Notes: generated by a model not told the origin, from the letters alone. A stretch of 64,000 nucleotides of DNA from Phycisphaerae bacterium (GCA_963666835.2 CAXXGO010000006.1:1632001-1696000), one strand, 5' to 3'; counted from the stretch's first letter, positions 49,560 to 60,080 are shown. Numbers and translations: made by a program.

Positions 49560-50390
49560 TCATCCGTCGTCGCGCTCCAACTGAGGGGCCGCCTCGGGAC
49601 GGCCTCGATATGCGTAGTCAGCGTTGAGGATTACCTGGTCCAGGCGGGACAGGATGTTCTCGGGGGCGAGGAAAGTCTCCGCGGGGATCGAAAAGCTGCC
49701 GAACTTGTTCGAGAACGTTCTGACCGAGCCATCGCGATAGAGGACATTGGACGTGCGGGCTTGATGGTTCGTGTGCCGCATGTTAAGCGCTTCCGGTCCG
49801 AGGCTGTTGGTGTCGAATAGCAGCGTCTCGGCTCTGACTTGTTGCTCTTCCACAATGTTGATGCCCAGGTCGGCCAGCTTTCCGCGTCGAGCGGATTCCG
49901 GGAGGAAGTCGAGCTGTCGATAGGTGTAGGAGCCGTACGCGTCGGCGGCCGTGCCGATTCGAGGTAGCTCCTCCTCTGCGTTCATGTAGTCGTCCGCAGG
50001 GCAATAGAACATCTTCTTCGAGCGGGCGTAGTCTCGCATCAGAATGCCCATCCCGTTGTATTGCGTCGGGTGAGATTGGTCGGACTCGCCGATCCATAAC
50101 TGGTTTGTGGCAATGTTGGAGCATGCGAAGTCGAAGGGGCCGGCGGCGTCCGGTCCGCGCGGGATGGAGCCCCAGTTGTCGTTGGCATAGGCCATGATCG
50201 CCACGCCGATCTGGTTCATGTTCGCCCCACAGGCGACAATCTTGGCCTGCTGCCGAGCCCGGCTGAGGGAGGGCAACAGCATGGCAATGAGCAGGGCGAT
50301 GATGGCGATTACCACGAGCAACTCTATCAGAGTGAACCCGGGATCCCGGTGGCCAGACACTCGACTACTGTTTCGTCGGTACATGGACAT
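49560..50390 (-). CDS. prepilin-type N-terminal cleavage/methylation protein (DUF1559-like)
   Basis: [29 protein letters not shown]...[27 protein letters not shown] (H-X9-DG). Confidence 0.92.
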   Translation of the reverse strand: MSMYRRNSSRVSGHRDPGFTLIELLVVIAIIALLIAMLLPSLSRARQQAKIVACGANMNQIGVAIMAYANDNWGSIPRGPDAAGPFDFACSNIATNQLWIGESDQSHPTQYNGMGILMRDYARSKKMFYCPADDYMNAEEELPRIGTAADAYGSYTYRQLDFLPESARRGKLADLGINIVEEQQVRAETLLFDTNSLGPEALNMRHTNHQARTSNVLYRDGSVRTFSNKFGSFSIPAETFLAPENILSRLDQVILNADYAYRGRPEAAPQLERDDG

Positions 50391-50558
50391 CCCAGATCGT
50401 GCGTCTCCGGCAATTGCAACCCGCCAGGATCTTAGCGTGACACGTGTTCGGTGAGTAGCCCTCGCCTGGGGGAGAGCACCCGAAACGCGTTGATGTCGTC
50501 TTCGGCCGGGAGGTTGCGGTTTCGAGGCAAGCTCGGTTTCGGTAGGTCAGCCTGCTCA

Positions 50559-53102
50559 CTAGCTCGTAGTGAAGTTGGCGGTAATGGTCTTGTCGCTGTC
50601 CATGGTAATGACGACGCTGGTAGCGGTACCGCTGGCCCCGGTCCAACTGGTGAATGTCGATGCGGTCGGAACGGCGGTTAAAGTGACTTGCTCGCCGTGT
50701 TTGTACACGGTCTTAGCTGGGGTGACCACAATCGTGCCGGCCCCTTCCGGGTTAACCACGGTCGTTAGGGTGTGCGGGGGGTGGAAGACGGCCGTGACGG
50801 AGGCGTCCTCGTCCATGTTGATGGTGACGGTTGGTTCATAGCCTCCGGCGGCGCCGGACCACTGGTCGAACGTATAGTCGCCGGTGGCGGTGGCGGTCAG
50901 AGTCACCGCTTCGCCGGTGGCATAACCGAGCTTAGTGGGGCTGGCGGCCACGCTTCCAGAATCTTCAGGGTCCACGGCTACCGTAAGGTAGACCGGGGCG
51001 AGCCACGCCTCTCCGCCGATCGACATGGTCTTTGGTTGAACCAGATCGTCATAGACCGCATCGTCGTGCATCACCTGGACCTGGTCAACTTCGCCCGGGA
51101 CCGAGGCCGTGCCCAGATTGCCGAAGGAGCCAAACGCGACCGGTTCAGTCCCGCGGACCTTCCATCGTGAGAGCGATGTGCGGATGCTGATCCAGCCTTC
51201 GCTTGCGTTGGTAAGCCCGCCGGATTGAGGAAGCGTGAACGTCGTGCCGTCTTGGGCGAATGCGAAGCGGAACTCGCTCACGTTTCTGGGGATGTAGTCC
51301 GCTCGGAGGAGAAACTCCGTTCTATTGCTGTCGGAGTCGTAAACGCGATCGATAACCTGGATGACTCCCTGGTGAATGTCCGCGTCGATCTCATCCACGT
51401 TTACACTGCTTTCCAGGGTGCCGGTCTGTCCGTAGTGAGAGAACTCGACGCGTACGTTGGCCGTGCCGGTGTTCGTCTGGGTGACGTAGCGGAGATTCCA
51501 TTGTCCGCGAAGATCCGTTGATATATCGGCGAAGGCCCGTTCGAGAGCGGAGGCACTGGCTGCGGCGAAATACGTTCCGGCCGTGCTCTCGGCCATGGTC
51601 TCCAGGGCGGTTTTGTCAAGCACATCACCGAATCCGATCGGATACAGGTTGATTTCCGCGGTGACCGCCGCGGCGGTTACCGATGCGGCATCGGCCGTGC
51701 TTGTCGTGTCTTTTCCGTCGGTCAGGAATACAATTGAGTGGACTTCGCCCGGCTGGCGTTCGGTTTCGGAGAGCGTGGTTATTGCCAGGTCCACGGCATC
51801 CCAGACGCGCGATAGTCCCGATTCCAAATCACCCTCGACCGGGATTCCGTCAATGATGGTCTGCTTGCCGGTAGTGTCGGTCTTGGTTAGCGGCACGGCA
51901 ATGCCGAACCCGTCTTCCGCGTCCAGGCGGTCGTGAAACTCGATGATGCCGACGGATTGGGTGGCCGTGAGGTGCTCGGCCTCTACGAACTCCTTAGTGG
52001 CTTCGACCATAGGGGTGATAGCAGCGGCCGTTTCCATGGACCGCGAGTAGTCAAGCACCAAAAAGATCTGATGCGAGAGGTCCGGGGCCGGGGTCGCGAA
52101 TATACCGGTCTCTTCGTATTCGATCTCGACGCCGTCTTCGAACACGCGAAAATCGTCGGTGGTCAACCCATCCGGGATAGGGTCGCCTTGGGCGTCTTCT
52201 ATGCGCAGGTCGAAGGCTACGACAAACGGGGAACGCGATTGATCGGTCATAAGCTCGATCGTGGGACCGGTCCGTTCGATGCAGACACTCTCCTGGCACA
52301 CTTGGCTTTCGCCGCAATCCGCATCTGAGGTGCAGGTTACCACGGGTAGCTCGGCGGAGATGTTCCGCGAAAAAGTCTCTTCGGCTGCGTCGCATACGAC
52401 ATCGACGAACAACGTTGCATCGCCGGCCTGTTTCACAGTGACGTCGGCAGAGCACAGGTCCGCTTGAGAGAACTCGACGAAGCCGGTTGGTTCCACCGAC
52501 CAGGTGCAAACGCATGTGTCTGGAGCCACCCTCGCGGCACTAGTGTCAGAGTCAGCTTCAGTTTCGGTGTCCGTTTCAGAGGCCGAATCGGTTTCAGACT
52601 CGGATTCGTCGTCGGTAGTTGTGTCGGCGTCTTGGTCCGAAGTCTCTTCTTCCAGATTGCTCGGGGCGGGGGCGACCAGGGCATAGGTCTGATCTACGAC
52701 CAGGTTGTCAAACGGCACCGTCGGGTTTTCGGCGTCGAGCCCCGTTGGCGTCGTTGAAACGGCCTCGCAGAGCCCGTCCAGGCAGGTTTGTCCTTCCTGG
52801 CAGTCCTCGTCGGTCGTACAAACAGACTGAGTGGTATCGAGCTCACACAGACTATCCAGGCAGATCCACCCGTCGGCACAATCTGCGTCGCTAACACACT
52901 CGGCTTCGGTGTCGTCCGGGAGGCACTCACCGTTCACGCATTGTTCACCGTCGGCGCACTCTACGTCTGCGCAGAGGTCAGGTGCCGACGTCGTGCCGAT
53001 CTGACAGGCGGTTGCCAGGAGCATGACCGCGACCGCTGCGAGCAGGATTCGAGTTGTCGGTCCCGTTATCACCGTCCGCTCTCGCAGTGCTGATTCTCTC
53101 AT
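50559..53102 (-). CDS. putative lipoprotein with Cys-rich repeats, vWA domain and two C-terminal InlB-B-like repeats
   Basis: LLATAC lipobox-like; C-x(4-5)-C-x5-C-x4-C repeats; MIDAS LDYSRSM and FLTDG; VTLTA...F..W.G repeats; start uncertain. Confidence 0.8.
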   Translation of the reverse strand: MRESALRERTVITGPTTRILLAAVAVMLLATACQIGTTSAPDLCADVECADGEQCVNGECLPDDTEAECVSDADCADGWICLDSLCELDTTQSVCTTDEDCQEGQTCLDGLCEAVSTTPTGLDAENPTVPFDNLVVDQTYALVAPAPSNLEEETSDQDADTTTDDESESETDSASETDTETEADSDTSAARVAPDTCVCTWSVEPTGFVEFSQADLCSADVTVKQAGDATLFVDVVCDAAEETFSRNISAELPVVTCTSDADCGESQVCQESVCIERTGPTIELMTDQSRSPFVVAFDLRIEDAQGDPIPDGLTTDDFRVFEDGVEIEYEETGIFATPAPDLSHQIFLVLDYSRSMETAAAITPMVEATKEFVEAEHLTATQSVGIIEFHDRLDAEDGFGIAVPLTKTDTTGKQTIIDGIPVEGDLESGLSRVWDAVDLAITTLSETERQPGEVHSIVFLTDGKDTTSTADAASVTAAAVTAEINLYPIGFGDVLDKTALETMAESTAGTYFAAASASALERAFADISTDLRGQWNLRYVTQTNTGTANVRVEFSHYGQTGTLESSVNVDEIDADIHQGVIQVIDRVYDSDSNRTEFLLRADYIPRNVSEFRFAFAQDGTTFTLPQSGGLTNASEGWISIRTSLSRWKVRGTEPVAFGSFGNLGTASVPGEVDQVQVMHDDAVYDDLVQPKTMSIGGEAWLAPVYLTVAVDPEDSGSVAASPTKLGYATGEAVTLTATATGDYTFDQWSGAAGGYEPTVTINMDEDASVTAVFHPPHTLTTVVNPEGAGTIVVTPAKTVYKHGEQVTLTAVPTASTFTSWTGASGTATSVVITMDSDKTITANFTTS

Positions 53103-53495
53103 CCCACATTTGGGGCGCACACGTTCCGCCCGGGCGTCAGAGGGCGGACCCCGATATGTGTGTCGGCAGGTTATCGGGTCAGCGTTGGCACCGGATGGGG
53201 GAATGTTCGCCGTTCGAGTGGCGAAGACCCCGCAAGCGACGAGTCAGTCCGGGCGGGCCCACGACGGCTGATTGCCTTAACCCTTAGTGTGGTCGATGGT
53301 TACGCTTGTTGGCGTCAAGATGAGGGCTGTACCGGCCGGCCGACCGCACTGGATGGGGTACGTCGCGGCGGGGCGGTGTACACTCTGCAGTCAAGCAGAC
53401 GCTGGTGCCTGGTCCGATGATGGACCGACATGGTACATGACGCAGCATTCGGAGCGGACACGCGGTAATCAAGCGGTATTCAGGTCCCATGGAGG

Positions 53496-55226
53496 ATGAG
53501 GGTGGTTACGATGTACGGACGGCAACGACTCAGTTTGACCATTGTTCTTGCGGGGCTGGCCCAATGCGGGGGATGCCGCGACGAGGGGCCCGTGGCACGG
53601 TCGGATTCCGCTCGAGCGGTGGCGGTGGTTCGGCTGGAGCGGCTGGATCCCGTTCGCTCCGAGTTGTTCCGGAAGGCACGCCTTACAGGATCGGTAGAAC
53701 CCTGGAAACAGGAGCACGTCGGTTTTGAGGTTGGCGGACGGGTCGAGTGGATGGTCGAGGAGGGTACGGCCGTTGGATCGCTCGCGGTCGACGAGGCGGG
53801 GGGCCGCGAGGTTGAAAGCGACGTTATTGCCCGGATTGGCCGGCGTAGTCACGAGTACGCCAGGGACGCGGCCAAGGCGGAGAAACTGGCTGTTGAGGCT
53901 CGGGCGGTTGCTCTCCAGAAGGAAATCGAGAGCGTTATAACCGCGCAGCGTCGCCAGGCTATTGCCGAACGCGATCACGCGGAACGCGAGGCGGACCGGG
54001 TACGCCGGTTGTTCGATGCCGGCAACGAACACGAACGTGAGCTGGATCGCGTAACGACCGTTTTCAAGACCGCTCAAGCTGCGGTGGAGCAGATTGAGGC
54101 TCTCCGGCTAGCCAAGGAGGCCGAACTTGCCGCATTGCGGGCCCAAGTCCAGCAGGCCGGAGAAGGGGTTCGGCAGGCTGAACTCAATCTCGAACACACC
54201 GTGCTCCGCACGCCTTTCTCCGGGGTTGTTTCGGCTCTCAACGTAATCCCCGGAGCGGTAGTCGCGGCCGGACAGCCCGTAGCCACCGTAGTCATGATGG
54301 ATCCGATCAAGATCGAGCTAGCGGTCTCGCCGGAAACAGACCGGCAGATTCAAGAGCTTGATGAGGTGTGGGTCTATCCGCCGGGCCGGTCTGAGCCGAT
54401 CCGGGGCCGGGTGTACATAAAGAGCACGGTCGCCGACCCCCAGACTCGCACCTTCAAGGTGTCGATCATGGTGCGTAATCGCTGGGTAGTCGCGGACGAA
54501 GCGGCCGAGCCGGGCTTTGGTCTTCTCCCGAGAATCAAAGAGGTCTATCCGGCTCAGCCGTTGGTCGTCGGCCGGCGCGGGCCGCTGTATGTCGAGGAGA
54601 GGTGCTTATACACGGACGATGAGGGCAGCTACGTTTGGCGCGTTGTGGAGCGCGAGGCCCCGGGTGCGAGTGGTCGATTGGCACAGAAGTTACGCCTGCA
54701 CAAGGTGCGGGTGGTCCCGGGTGACGATACCGTTGATTTCGTCGGCTTGTTCAAATACCGCATTCTTAAGGACGCTGGGGAGTTGGCCGACGGAGGCGAT
54801 TCGGTTTTTGTTGACCCGATGGCGGAGCCGGCGTTGCTGGCCGCGGGGGTGCCCGAGGGCGTCGGTGAAGGCGACTTCGTGGCGAAGACCCGTGAGCGCT
54901 GGTTGTTCCATCCCGGTGATCTCGCCGAGGTCGTAATCCCCCGACGGAATCTCGGTCCGGGTTTCTATGTGCCGATGCAGGCGATCTTGACGGACCGCAC
55001 GGAACACCACGTTTTCGTGGTCGAGCCGGGCGGCTCGGGCGATCACCGGGTGCGTAAGGTCCCGGTAGAGCTGTCCGGCAACGTGGGGGAGCTCTGGGGC
55101 ATCCGGGCAGCCGACCCGGAGGAGAGTCTCTTAAGCGAAGGCACGCTGGTGGTTCTAAGCGGCGCTCATTATTTGCTGCCGGGCGAGAGAGTCGAGATCG
55201 TCGAGTCTGACGGGGGGCAACGATGA
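53496..55226 (+). CDS. RND efflux periplasmic adaptor subunit (long)
   Basis: VGFEVGGRV, coiled coil, LRTPFSGVV, ADPQTRTFKV, VPMQAI. Confidence 0.85.
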   Translation: MRVVTMYGRQRLSLTIVLAGLAQCGGCRDEGPVARSDSARAVAVVRLERLDPVRSELFRKARLTGSVEPWKQEHVGFEVGGRVEWMVEEGTAVGSLAVDEAGGREVESDVIARIGRRSHEYARDAAKAEKLAVEARAVALQKEIESVITAQRRQAIAERDHAEREADRVRRLFDAGNEHERELDRVTTVFKTAQAAVEQIEALRLAKEAELAALRAQVQQAGEGVRQAELNLEHTVLRTPFSGVVSALNVIPGAVVAAGQPVATVVMMDPIKIELAVSPETDRQIQELDEVWVYPPGRSEPIRGRVYIKSTVADPQTRTFKVSIMVRNRWVVADEAAEPGFGLLPRIKEVYPAQPLVVGRRGPLYVEERCLYTDDEGSYVWRVVEREAPGASGRLAQKLRLHKVRVVPGDDTVDFVGLFKYRILKDAGELADGGDSVFVDPMAEPALLAAGVPEGVGEGDFVAKTRERWLFHPGDLAEVVIPRRNLGPGFYVPMQAILTDRTEHHVFVVEPGGSGDHRVRKVPVELSGNVGELWGIRAADPEESLLSEGTLVVLSGAHYLLPGERVEIVESDGGQR

Positions 55227-58200
55227 ACCTCCCGCGATTCGCTATCACTCATCCCTCGGTCGTCGTCATGGCCGCGCTCCTTACATCGGCGTGGGGCGTG
55301 GTGGCGTTCTTGACCGCTCCGCGTAGTGAAGATCCGGAGTTCGCGATTCGCACGTGTACGATCGCGACGTGCTGGCCGGGAGCGACCGCGGAGAAGGTCG
55401 AACAGCTCATCACTGATCCGATCGAGACGATCGTAGACACGCTTGACGAAGTTGACAAAGTCCGTTCCACGACAACGGTCGGCCAGTCGGTTGTCTTTGT
55501 TGATTTGGAGGACGACACGGAGGATGTGGATGCGGTGTGGGACAAGCTCCGCGCTAAGGTCGTTCAAGTTCGTGCCGAACTGCCCCAGGGAGCGGATGCG
55601 CCGTTTGTGAACACGGATTTCGCGGATACCGCCGCCATGCTCCTGGCGGTCTATCAGGTGCCGCCGCCAGGTCGCAGCGATATCATCCGGGCCTATACGC
55701 CGCGTGAAATGGAGATCATCGCCGAGCGTTTGCAGGACGAGCTGGAGCTGCTGCCGGCGGTTGCCCGGGTCGATCTGTTCGGGGTTCAGGATGAGGTCAT
55801 TTACCTGGAGACCGATGCCGGCAGTTGGAGTCAACTGCACCTGACCAGTGGTGACCTTCGCGGTCTGCTGCAGGCGCGCAATATTGTGGCTCCGGGGGGG
55901 AGCATCGATACGATCGAAGGGCGCTACGGGGTCAGGATCGGCGGGGAGTTGTTGGAGGCGTCCGAGATCGACGGAATCGTCGTGGGAGCCCACGGCGATC
56001 GGGCCCCCGTGCTTCTGCGCGATCTCGGGCTCAGCGTCAACCGGGACTACCTGGATCCACCCCGGAGAATCACGCGATTACGTACGCGGGATATGAATAA
56101 GTCGGCGCCCTGCGTCATCGTGTCGTTCACGATGAAAAAGGGCGGAAAGATGACCGATCTGGGGGACGACGCCCGGGCGCTGATCGCCCGGGCGGAGCAG
56201 ACCTTCCTGCCGGGTGACATAAAAGTGGCAGTAGTCTCGGACCAGCCGCGCCAGGTCCAACAGTCCATCTCGGTCTTCCTGCGAAATCTCGCCCAGGCCG
56301 TGACCTTGGTGATTCTGGTGGCTTACGCCTTGATCGGATTCCGAATCGCCGTCGTCATGGCCGCGGCAATCCCGATGACGATGTTGACGGCGATCGGCAT
56401 CTCCCGGATGTTCGGCGTGCAGATCGAGACCATCTCCATTGCTTCATTAATTATTGCCTTGGGGATGCTGGTGGATTGCGCCGTGGAGGTTTGCGACAAC
56501 GTCCATCGTTTTCAGCGGGAGGGGCACAGACGGTTCGACGCCACGGTCAAAGGGGCCCAACAGGTGGCCGTTCCGGTCCTCATGGGAGTGCTCACCAGCG
56601 CCTTCGCCTTCCTGCCGATGCTCACGCTGCCCGGCGCACAGGGCGAGTTTCTCTACAGTCTGCCGGTCGTGGTCTCGACGACGCTGTTGAGCAGTTGGGT
56701 ATTGGCGTTTTCGATGATTGCGCTTATGGCTTACGCTTTCGTGCGGCCGAGTCGACACGCGGCCCCTCTTGCCCGGGCACTGGGGCTGTTGGGAAAGCTC
56801 CGGCGTCGACGAGGAGAAGCGTCTGCCAAGCGGAATCAGGCGGAGTCGTCGTTGGCGAGGGTCTACGATCGGCTGGTCCGGCCGGCCATCCGGTTCAGGT
56901 TGATCACACTAGGTGGGACGGCCGGGCTGTTTGTACTGGCGGTGTCGTTGGTGGTGACGGGGAGGATCCCAACCCAGTACTTTCCGGATACCCGGCGCGA
57001 TCAGTTTGTTGTGGACATCTTCTTACCGGAAGGAAGACCGATCGGGGCAACGGATCGGGTTGCCGAGCAGGTCGAGCGGCTCCTCTTGGAGCTGGACCAC
57101 GGCCGGTCGTCGTCGGCAGAGCATTCGTGCCGGTTGGATAATCTGGTCACTTTCGTAGGCGAGGGGAGCCCCCGTTTCTTCTTGAGCCTGGAGCCCGAGC
57201 AGCCGGCCGGAAATTATGCCATGATTCTGGTCAACACTACGTCCCCGGATGTTGTGGACGAATACATGGCAGATCTGCGCGAAGCGGCGTTCTGCAAAGT
57301 ACCGGGGGCGCGAGTCGTCCCTCGCAAGCTCTCCAAAGGACCGCCGGTGAAGGCTCCGGTGGCTATCCGCGTGGTTGGTGAAGATCCTCCGATACTCCGC
57401 GCGATAGCCGGGCAAGTTGAGGCGGCGTTACGCGAGACCGGTAAGGCGTGGGATGTCCATGACAGTTGGGGCTCGTTTGGGTATCAGGTTTTCGTGGATC
57501 CGGATGAGAGCCAGGCCAAGCTTTCCGGAGTCACCCAGGCTTCGATTGCCCAGACCACGAACGCGTACTTCTCCGGTCACTATCTGACCACATTCCGCGA
57601 GGGAGATCATCAGATTCCGGTCTATCTTCGCCTTCCGGCCGAGCAACGGTCGATAGAAGGAGTCGGTGCACTCTACGTTGAAGGGCAGTTCGGCAAGGTC
57701 CCGCTGGATTCGGTGGCGAGCGTCCGGAAGGAATGGGTCCCGGCCAAGATCGAGCGGTACAAGAAGCAGCGTTGCGTGGAGGTTCGGGCTCGGGCGACGG
57801 ATAGAGTGCTGCCTAACGCGGTTTTGAGGGAAGCCCGTCCGGCCATTCAAGGCATTGCTGCGACATTGCCGCCCGGCTATCGCATAGAAATCGGCGGCGA
57901 GCAAGCTGAGACCACCGATTCCCAAACCGACATCGGGCGCGCCTTCGGGATCGCCGCGTTACTGATTGTGATGTGCCTGGTGGTGCAGTTCAATTCAGTG
58001 GTCAAACCGCTGCTCGTGTTGTCTACCGTTCCAATCGGGGTGACCTGGGCCGTGTTCGGTCTCTTCGTCACGGATACGCCGTTAGGCTTCATGGCGAACC
58101 TGGGGATGCTGTCGTTGGTCGGGGTCGTAATCAACGGCGCGATTGTCCTTATCGAGTTCGTGCAGATTCGTAATCGCGAAAAGCTCGATGATCCGGCCGC

Positions 58201-58495
58201 CTGCCCGAGAGAAGGCGCGCGGGCGTACAGTGGCCTGACGCGAGAGGCTTTTCGGGATTGCGTGGTGGAATCCGCAAAGCTGCGGATTATCCCGTTATCC
58301 CTGACGACGCTGACCACCGTGGGGGGGCTGGTGCCGCTGGCCCTGTTCGGCGGTCCGATGTGGGTGCCATTGGCTACGGTAATCATCTTCGGGTTACTGT
58401 GTGGCACGTATATGACACTGCTGGTCCTGCCTGCGCTGATAGTGTTATTCGTGGAACGCCTGCATGTAAGCTTCGTGTCAGCTCCGCCCGGATGA
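55223..58495 (+). CDS. RND efflux permease (AcrB/AcrD/AcrF family)
   Basis: PRSEDP, WPGATAEKVEQLIT, IIALGMLVD, GEGSPRF, GGEQAE; 12-TM layout; ATGA overlap. Confidence 0.92.
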   Translation: MNLPRFAITHPSVVVMAALLTSAWGVVAFLTAPRSEDPEFAIRTCTIATCWPGATAEKVEQLITDPIETIVDTLDEVDKVRSTTTVGQSVVFVDLEDDTEDVDAVWDKLRAKVVQVRAELPQGADAPFVNTDFADTAAMLLAVYQVPPPGRSDIIRAYTPREMEIIAERLQDELELLPAVARVDLFGVQDEVIYLETDAGSWSQLHLTSGDLRGLLQARNIVAPGGSIDTIEGRYGVRIGGELLEASEIDGIVVGAHGDRAPVLLRDLGLSVNRDYLDPPRRITRLRTRDMNKSAPCVIVSFTMKKGGKMTDLGDDARALIARAEQTFLPGDIKVAVVSDQPRQVQQSISVFLRNLAQAVTLVILVAYALIGFRIAVVMAAAIPMTMLTAIGISRMFGVQIETISIASLIIALGMLVDCAVEVCDNVHRFQREGHRRFDATVKGAQQVAVPVLMGVLTSAFAFLPMLTLPGAQGEFLYSLPVVVSTTLLSSWVLAFSMIALMAYAFVRPSRHAAPLARALGLLGKLRRRRGEASAKRNQAESSLARVYDRLVRPAIRFRLITLGGTAGLFVLAVSLVVTGRIPTQYFPDTRRDQFVVDIFLPEGRPIGATDRVAEQVERLLLELDHGRSSSAEHSCRLDNLVTFVGEGSPRFFLSLEPEQPAGNYAMILVNTTSPDVVDEYMADLREAAFCKVPGARVVPRKLSKGPPVKAPVAIRVVGEDPPILRAIAGQVEAALRETGKAWDVHDSWGSFGYQVFVDPDESQAKLSGVTQASIAQTTNAYFSGHYLTTFREGDHQIPVYLRLPAEQRSIEGVGALYVEGQFGKVPLDSVASVRKEWVPAKIERYKKQRCVEVRARATDRVLPNAVLREARPAIQGIAATLPPGYRIEIGGEQAETTDSQTDIGRAFGIAALLIVMCLVVQFNSVVKPLLVLSTVPIGVTWAVFGLFVTDTPLGFMANLGMLSLVGVVINGAIVLIEFVQIRNREKLDDPAACPREGARAYSGLTREAFRDCVVESAKLRIIPLSLTTLTTVGGLVPLALFGGPMWVPLATVIIFGLLCGTYMTLLVLPALIVLFVERLHVSFVSAPPG

Positions 58496-58580
58496 CAGTG
58501 CTCTGCCCCAGTCTCCGGTTGCGTAACGCAGGCATCCTGCCTGCAATATCGCGCACAACGCACAGAGTGGGGCGAGTTCC

Positions 58581-58698
58581 CCACCTATTCTGACATGCTC
58601 TTGCCATACGTGTGGCCACGCCAGTGGGTTTGCGTGGCGCCGAGGGTCGTCAAAAAGACACTGGGCAGCGTGCCCAGTGCGATCACGGCACGGATAAC
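58581..58698 (-). pseudogene. diverged copy A of the 3' end of the GT2 gene (10790-10907)
   Basis: 92/118 nt identical, ungapped; translates VIRAVIALGTLPSVFLTTLGATQTHWRGHTYGKSMSE* versus VIGAVIVLGMLGSAFLKALGVTHTHWRGRTYGKNASE*. Confidence 0.85.
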
Positions 58699-59047
58699 TG
58701 CCAAACAGGCAGAGTCGCCGTGCTCTCTGCCAGATCGGCAGGCACATTGAACCGTCATAGCCGCCTGACGCCCAACAACTTCTGCGGATTCCTATCATAA
58801 ACGGACTATCTGAGGTCAGTTAAGGAGTTGCATCATCCTGCGCTCTTGCCTGGCGCAGTATGTGCTTACAGTGAAGATGAAGGAACCGGGACGATGATTG
58901 CTTGGCGTTTCATTGTCGCGTAGGTCGCTTCGTTCACGGATCGACCTACGACTGCGGGCCCAGGCTTCCGAGGCGACGCTTTCGGCAAACATGCACTGAA
59001 CTCGTTGGGATGACGAGGATTTGTGTCTCAAGGATGAGGTGAGTCTA

Positions 59048-59962
59048 ATGATCAGAACGATGTCAGAGCTACCCGATGGATATTGGAGGAACGAAACCGC
59101 CTGCCGGTTACTCGACAAGCACTATGCCAAACACATGGTTGCACTGTTGGTCGTGTACAAGAGCGACAAGACCACGGGCGAAGCACTCTACAGCGGTTTC
59201 CTTTACCGGCATCAGGGCATTCCATTGTGGATGACGGCGGGGCATGTCTTATCTGAATTGGATCGCCTCCGGGAGACCGGTGTTGATATCATCAAGGCGG
59301 AGTGGCTTGATCTGCAGGACGATGGTTCAGGACACGGCATTCCGGTCGATATCAGGGATCTTTGTTATCTTCAGCTGGATCATCAGGGCGTGGATTTCGG
59401 GTTTGTTTTCCTTCGTCCCCACTACGAGGCACTGTTCATGAGCCTTGCAGGGAAAGCGTTCTTAGACCAGGGCGGCTACTACCGCAGGGAAAACGCGAAA
59501 CCGGAAGGCTTTCACCTAATCGGCTTCCCGTCCGAACGGTGCGAGGTAACAGAGAGAATCGCTGGAGAACTCGCTGAACGCTCATTAAGTGCGCCCCTCT
59601 ACTGCCTCCCACTTGAGCGAATCCCAGATCGGCGTGGGGATGTACCCACAACTTTCTGGGGATGTGACGGCTGCTTTTACTTTCGGATGATGCCGTTCGA
59701 TATGGAGTTGACCCCACCCCCCAACGAGATCAAGGGAATGAGCGGAGGTCCGATCGTATCGACTGAGCGTACTCCGCAAGGGAGCCTCAAGTACTATCTC
59801 TTCGGCATTCAGAGCAGTTGGCTGCCGCGGCGACGCATAATCCGGGCAACCGACATGAGGATCGTTGGAGATATCATTGACGAGTTCTTCATGAGAATGC
59901 GCGAGGAGGCACACCTAACGAATCCGCCGAAAGAGGATGAGCCCACCGGACCGTCACCGTGA
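59048..59962 (+). CDS. trypsin-like serine protease, no signal peptide
   Basis: WMTAGHV (His), GVDFG (Asp), KGMSGGP (Ser) in chymotrypsin order; lower GC than flanks. Confidence 0.75.
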   Translation: MIRTMSELPDGYWRNETACRLLDKHYAKHMVALLVVYKSDKTTGEALYSGFLYRHQGIPLWMTAGHVLSELDRLRETGVDIIKAEWLDLQDDGSGHGIPVDIRDLCYLQLDHQGVDFGFVFLRPHYEALFMSLAGKAFLDQGGYYRRENAKPEGFHLIGFPSERCEVTERIAGELAERSLSAPLYCLPLERIPDRRGDVPTTFWGCDGCFYFRMMPFDMELTPPPNEIKGMSGGPIVSTERTPQGSLKYYLFGIQSSWLPRRRIIRATDMRIVGDIIDEFFMRMREEAHLTNPPKEDEPTGPSP

Positions 59963-60073
59963 CACGTTCTTGCCGTATGTGGCTACGCCAGTGTGTTTGC
60001 GTGGCGCCGAGGGTCTTCAAGAGGGTGATGGCCAGCATGCCTGGGGCGATCACGCCGGCGATCACATACTTGA
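59960..60073 (-). pseudogene. diverged copy B of the 3' end of the GT2 gene
   Basis: Translates KYVIAGVIAPGMLAITLLKTLGATQTHWRSH, then a 2-nt deletion, then YGKNVS; overlaps the protease stop codon. Confidence 0.85.
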
Positions 60074-60080
60074 GTCCATG

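Noticed and set aside
58581..60073. DGR template/variable repeat pair with the GT2 3' end
   Set aside because: Mismatches are not adenine-specific, many are third-position, and no reverse transcriptase is present in the window
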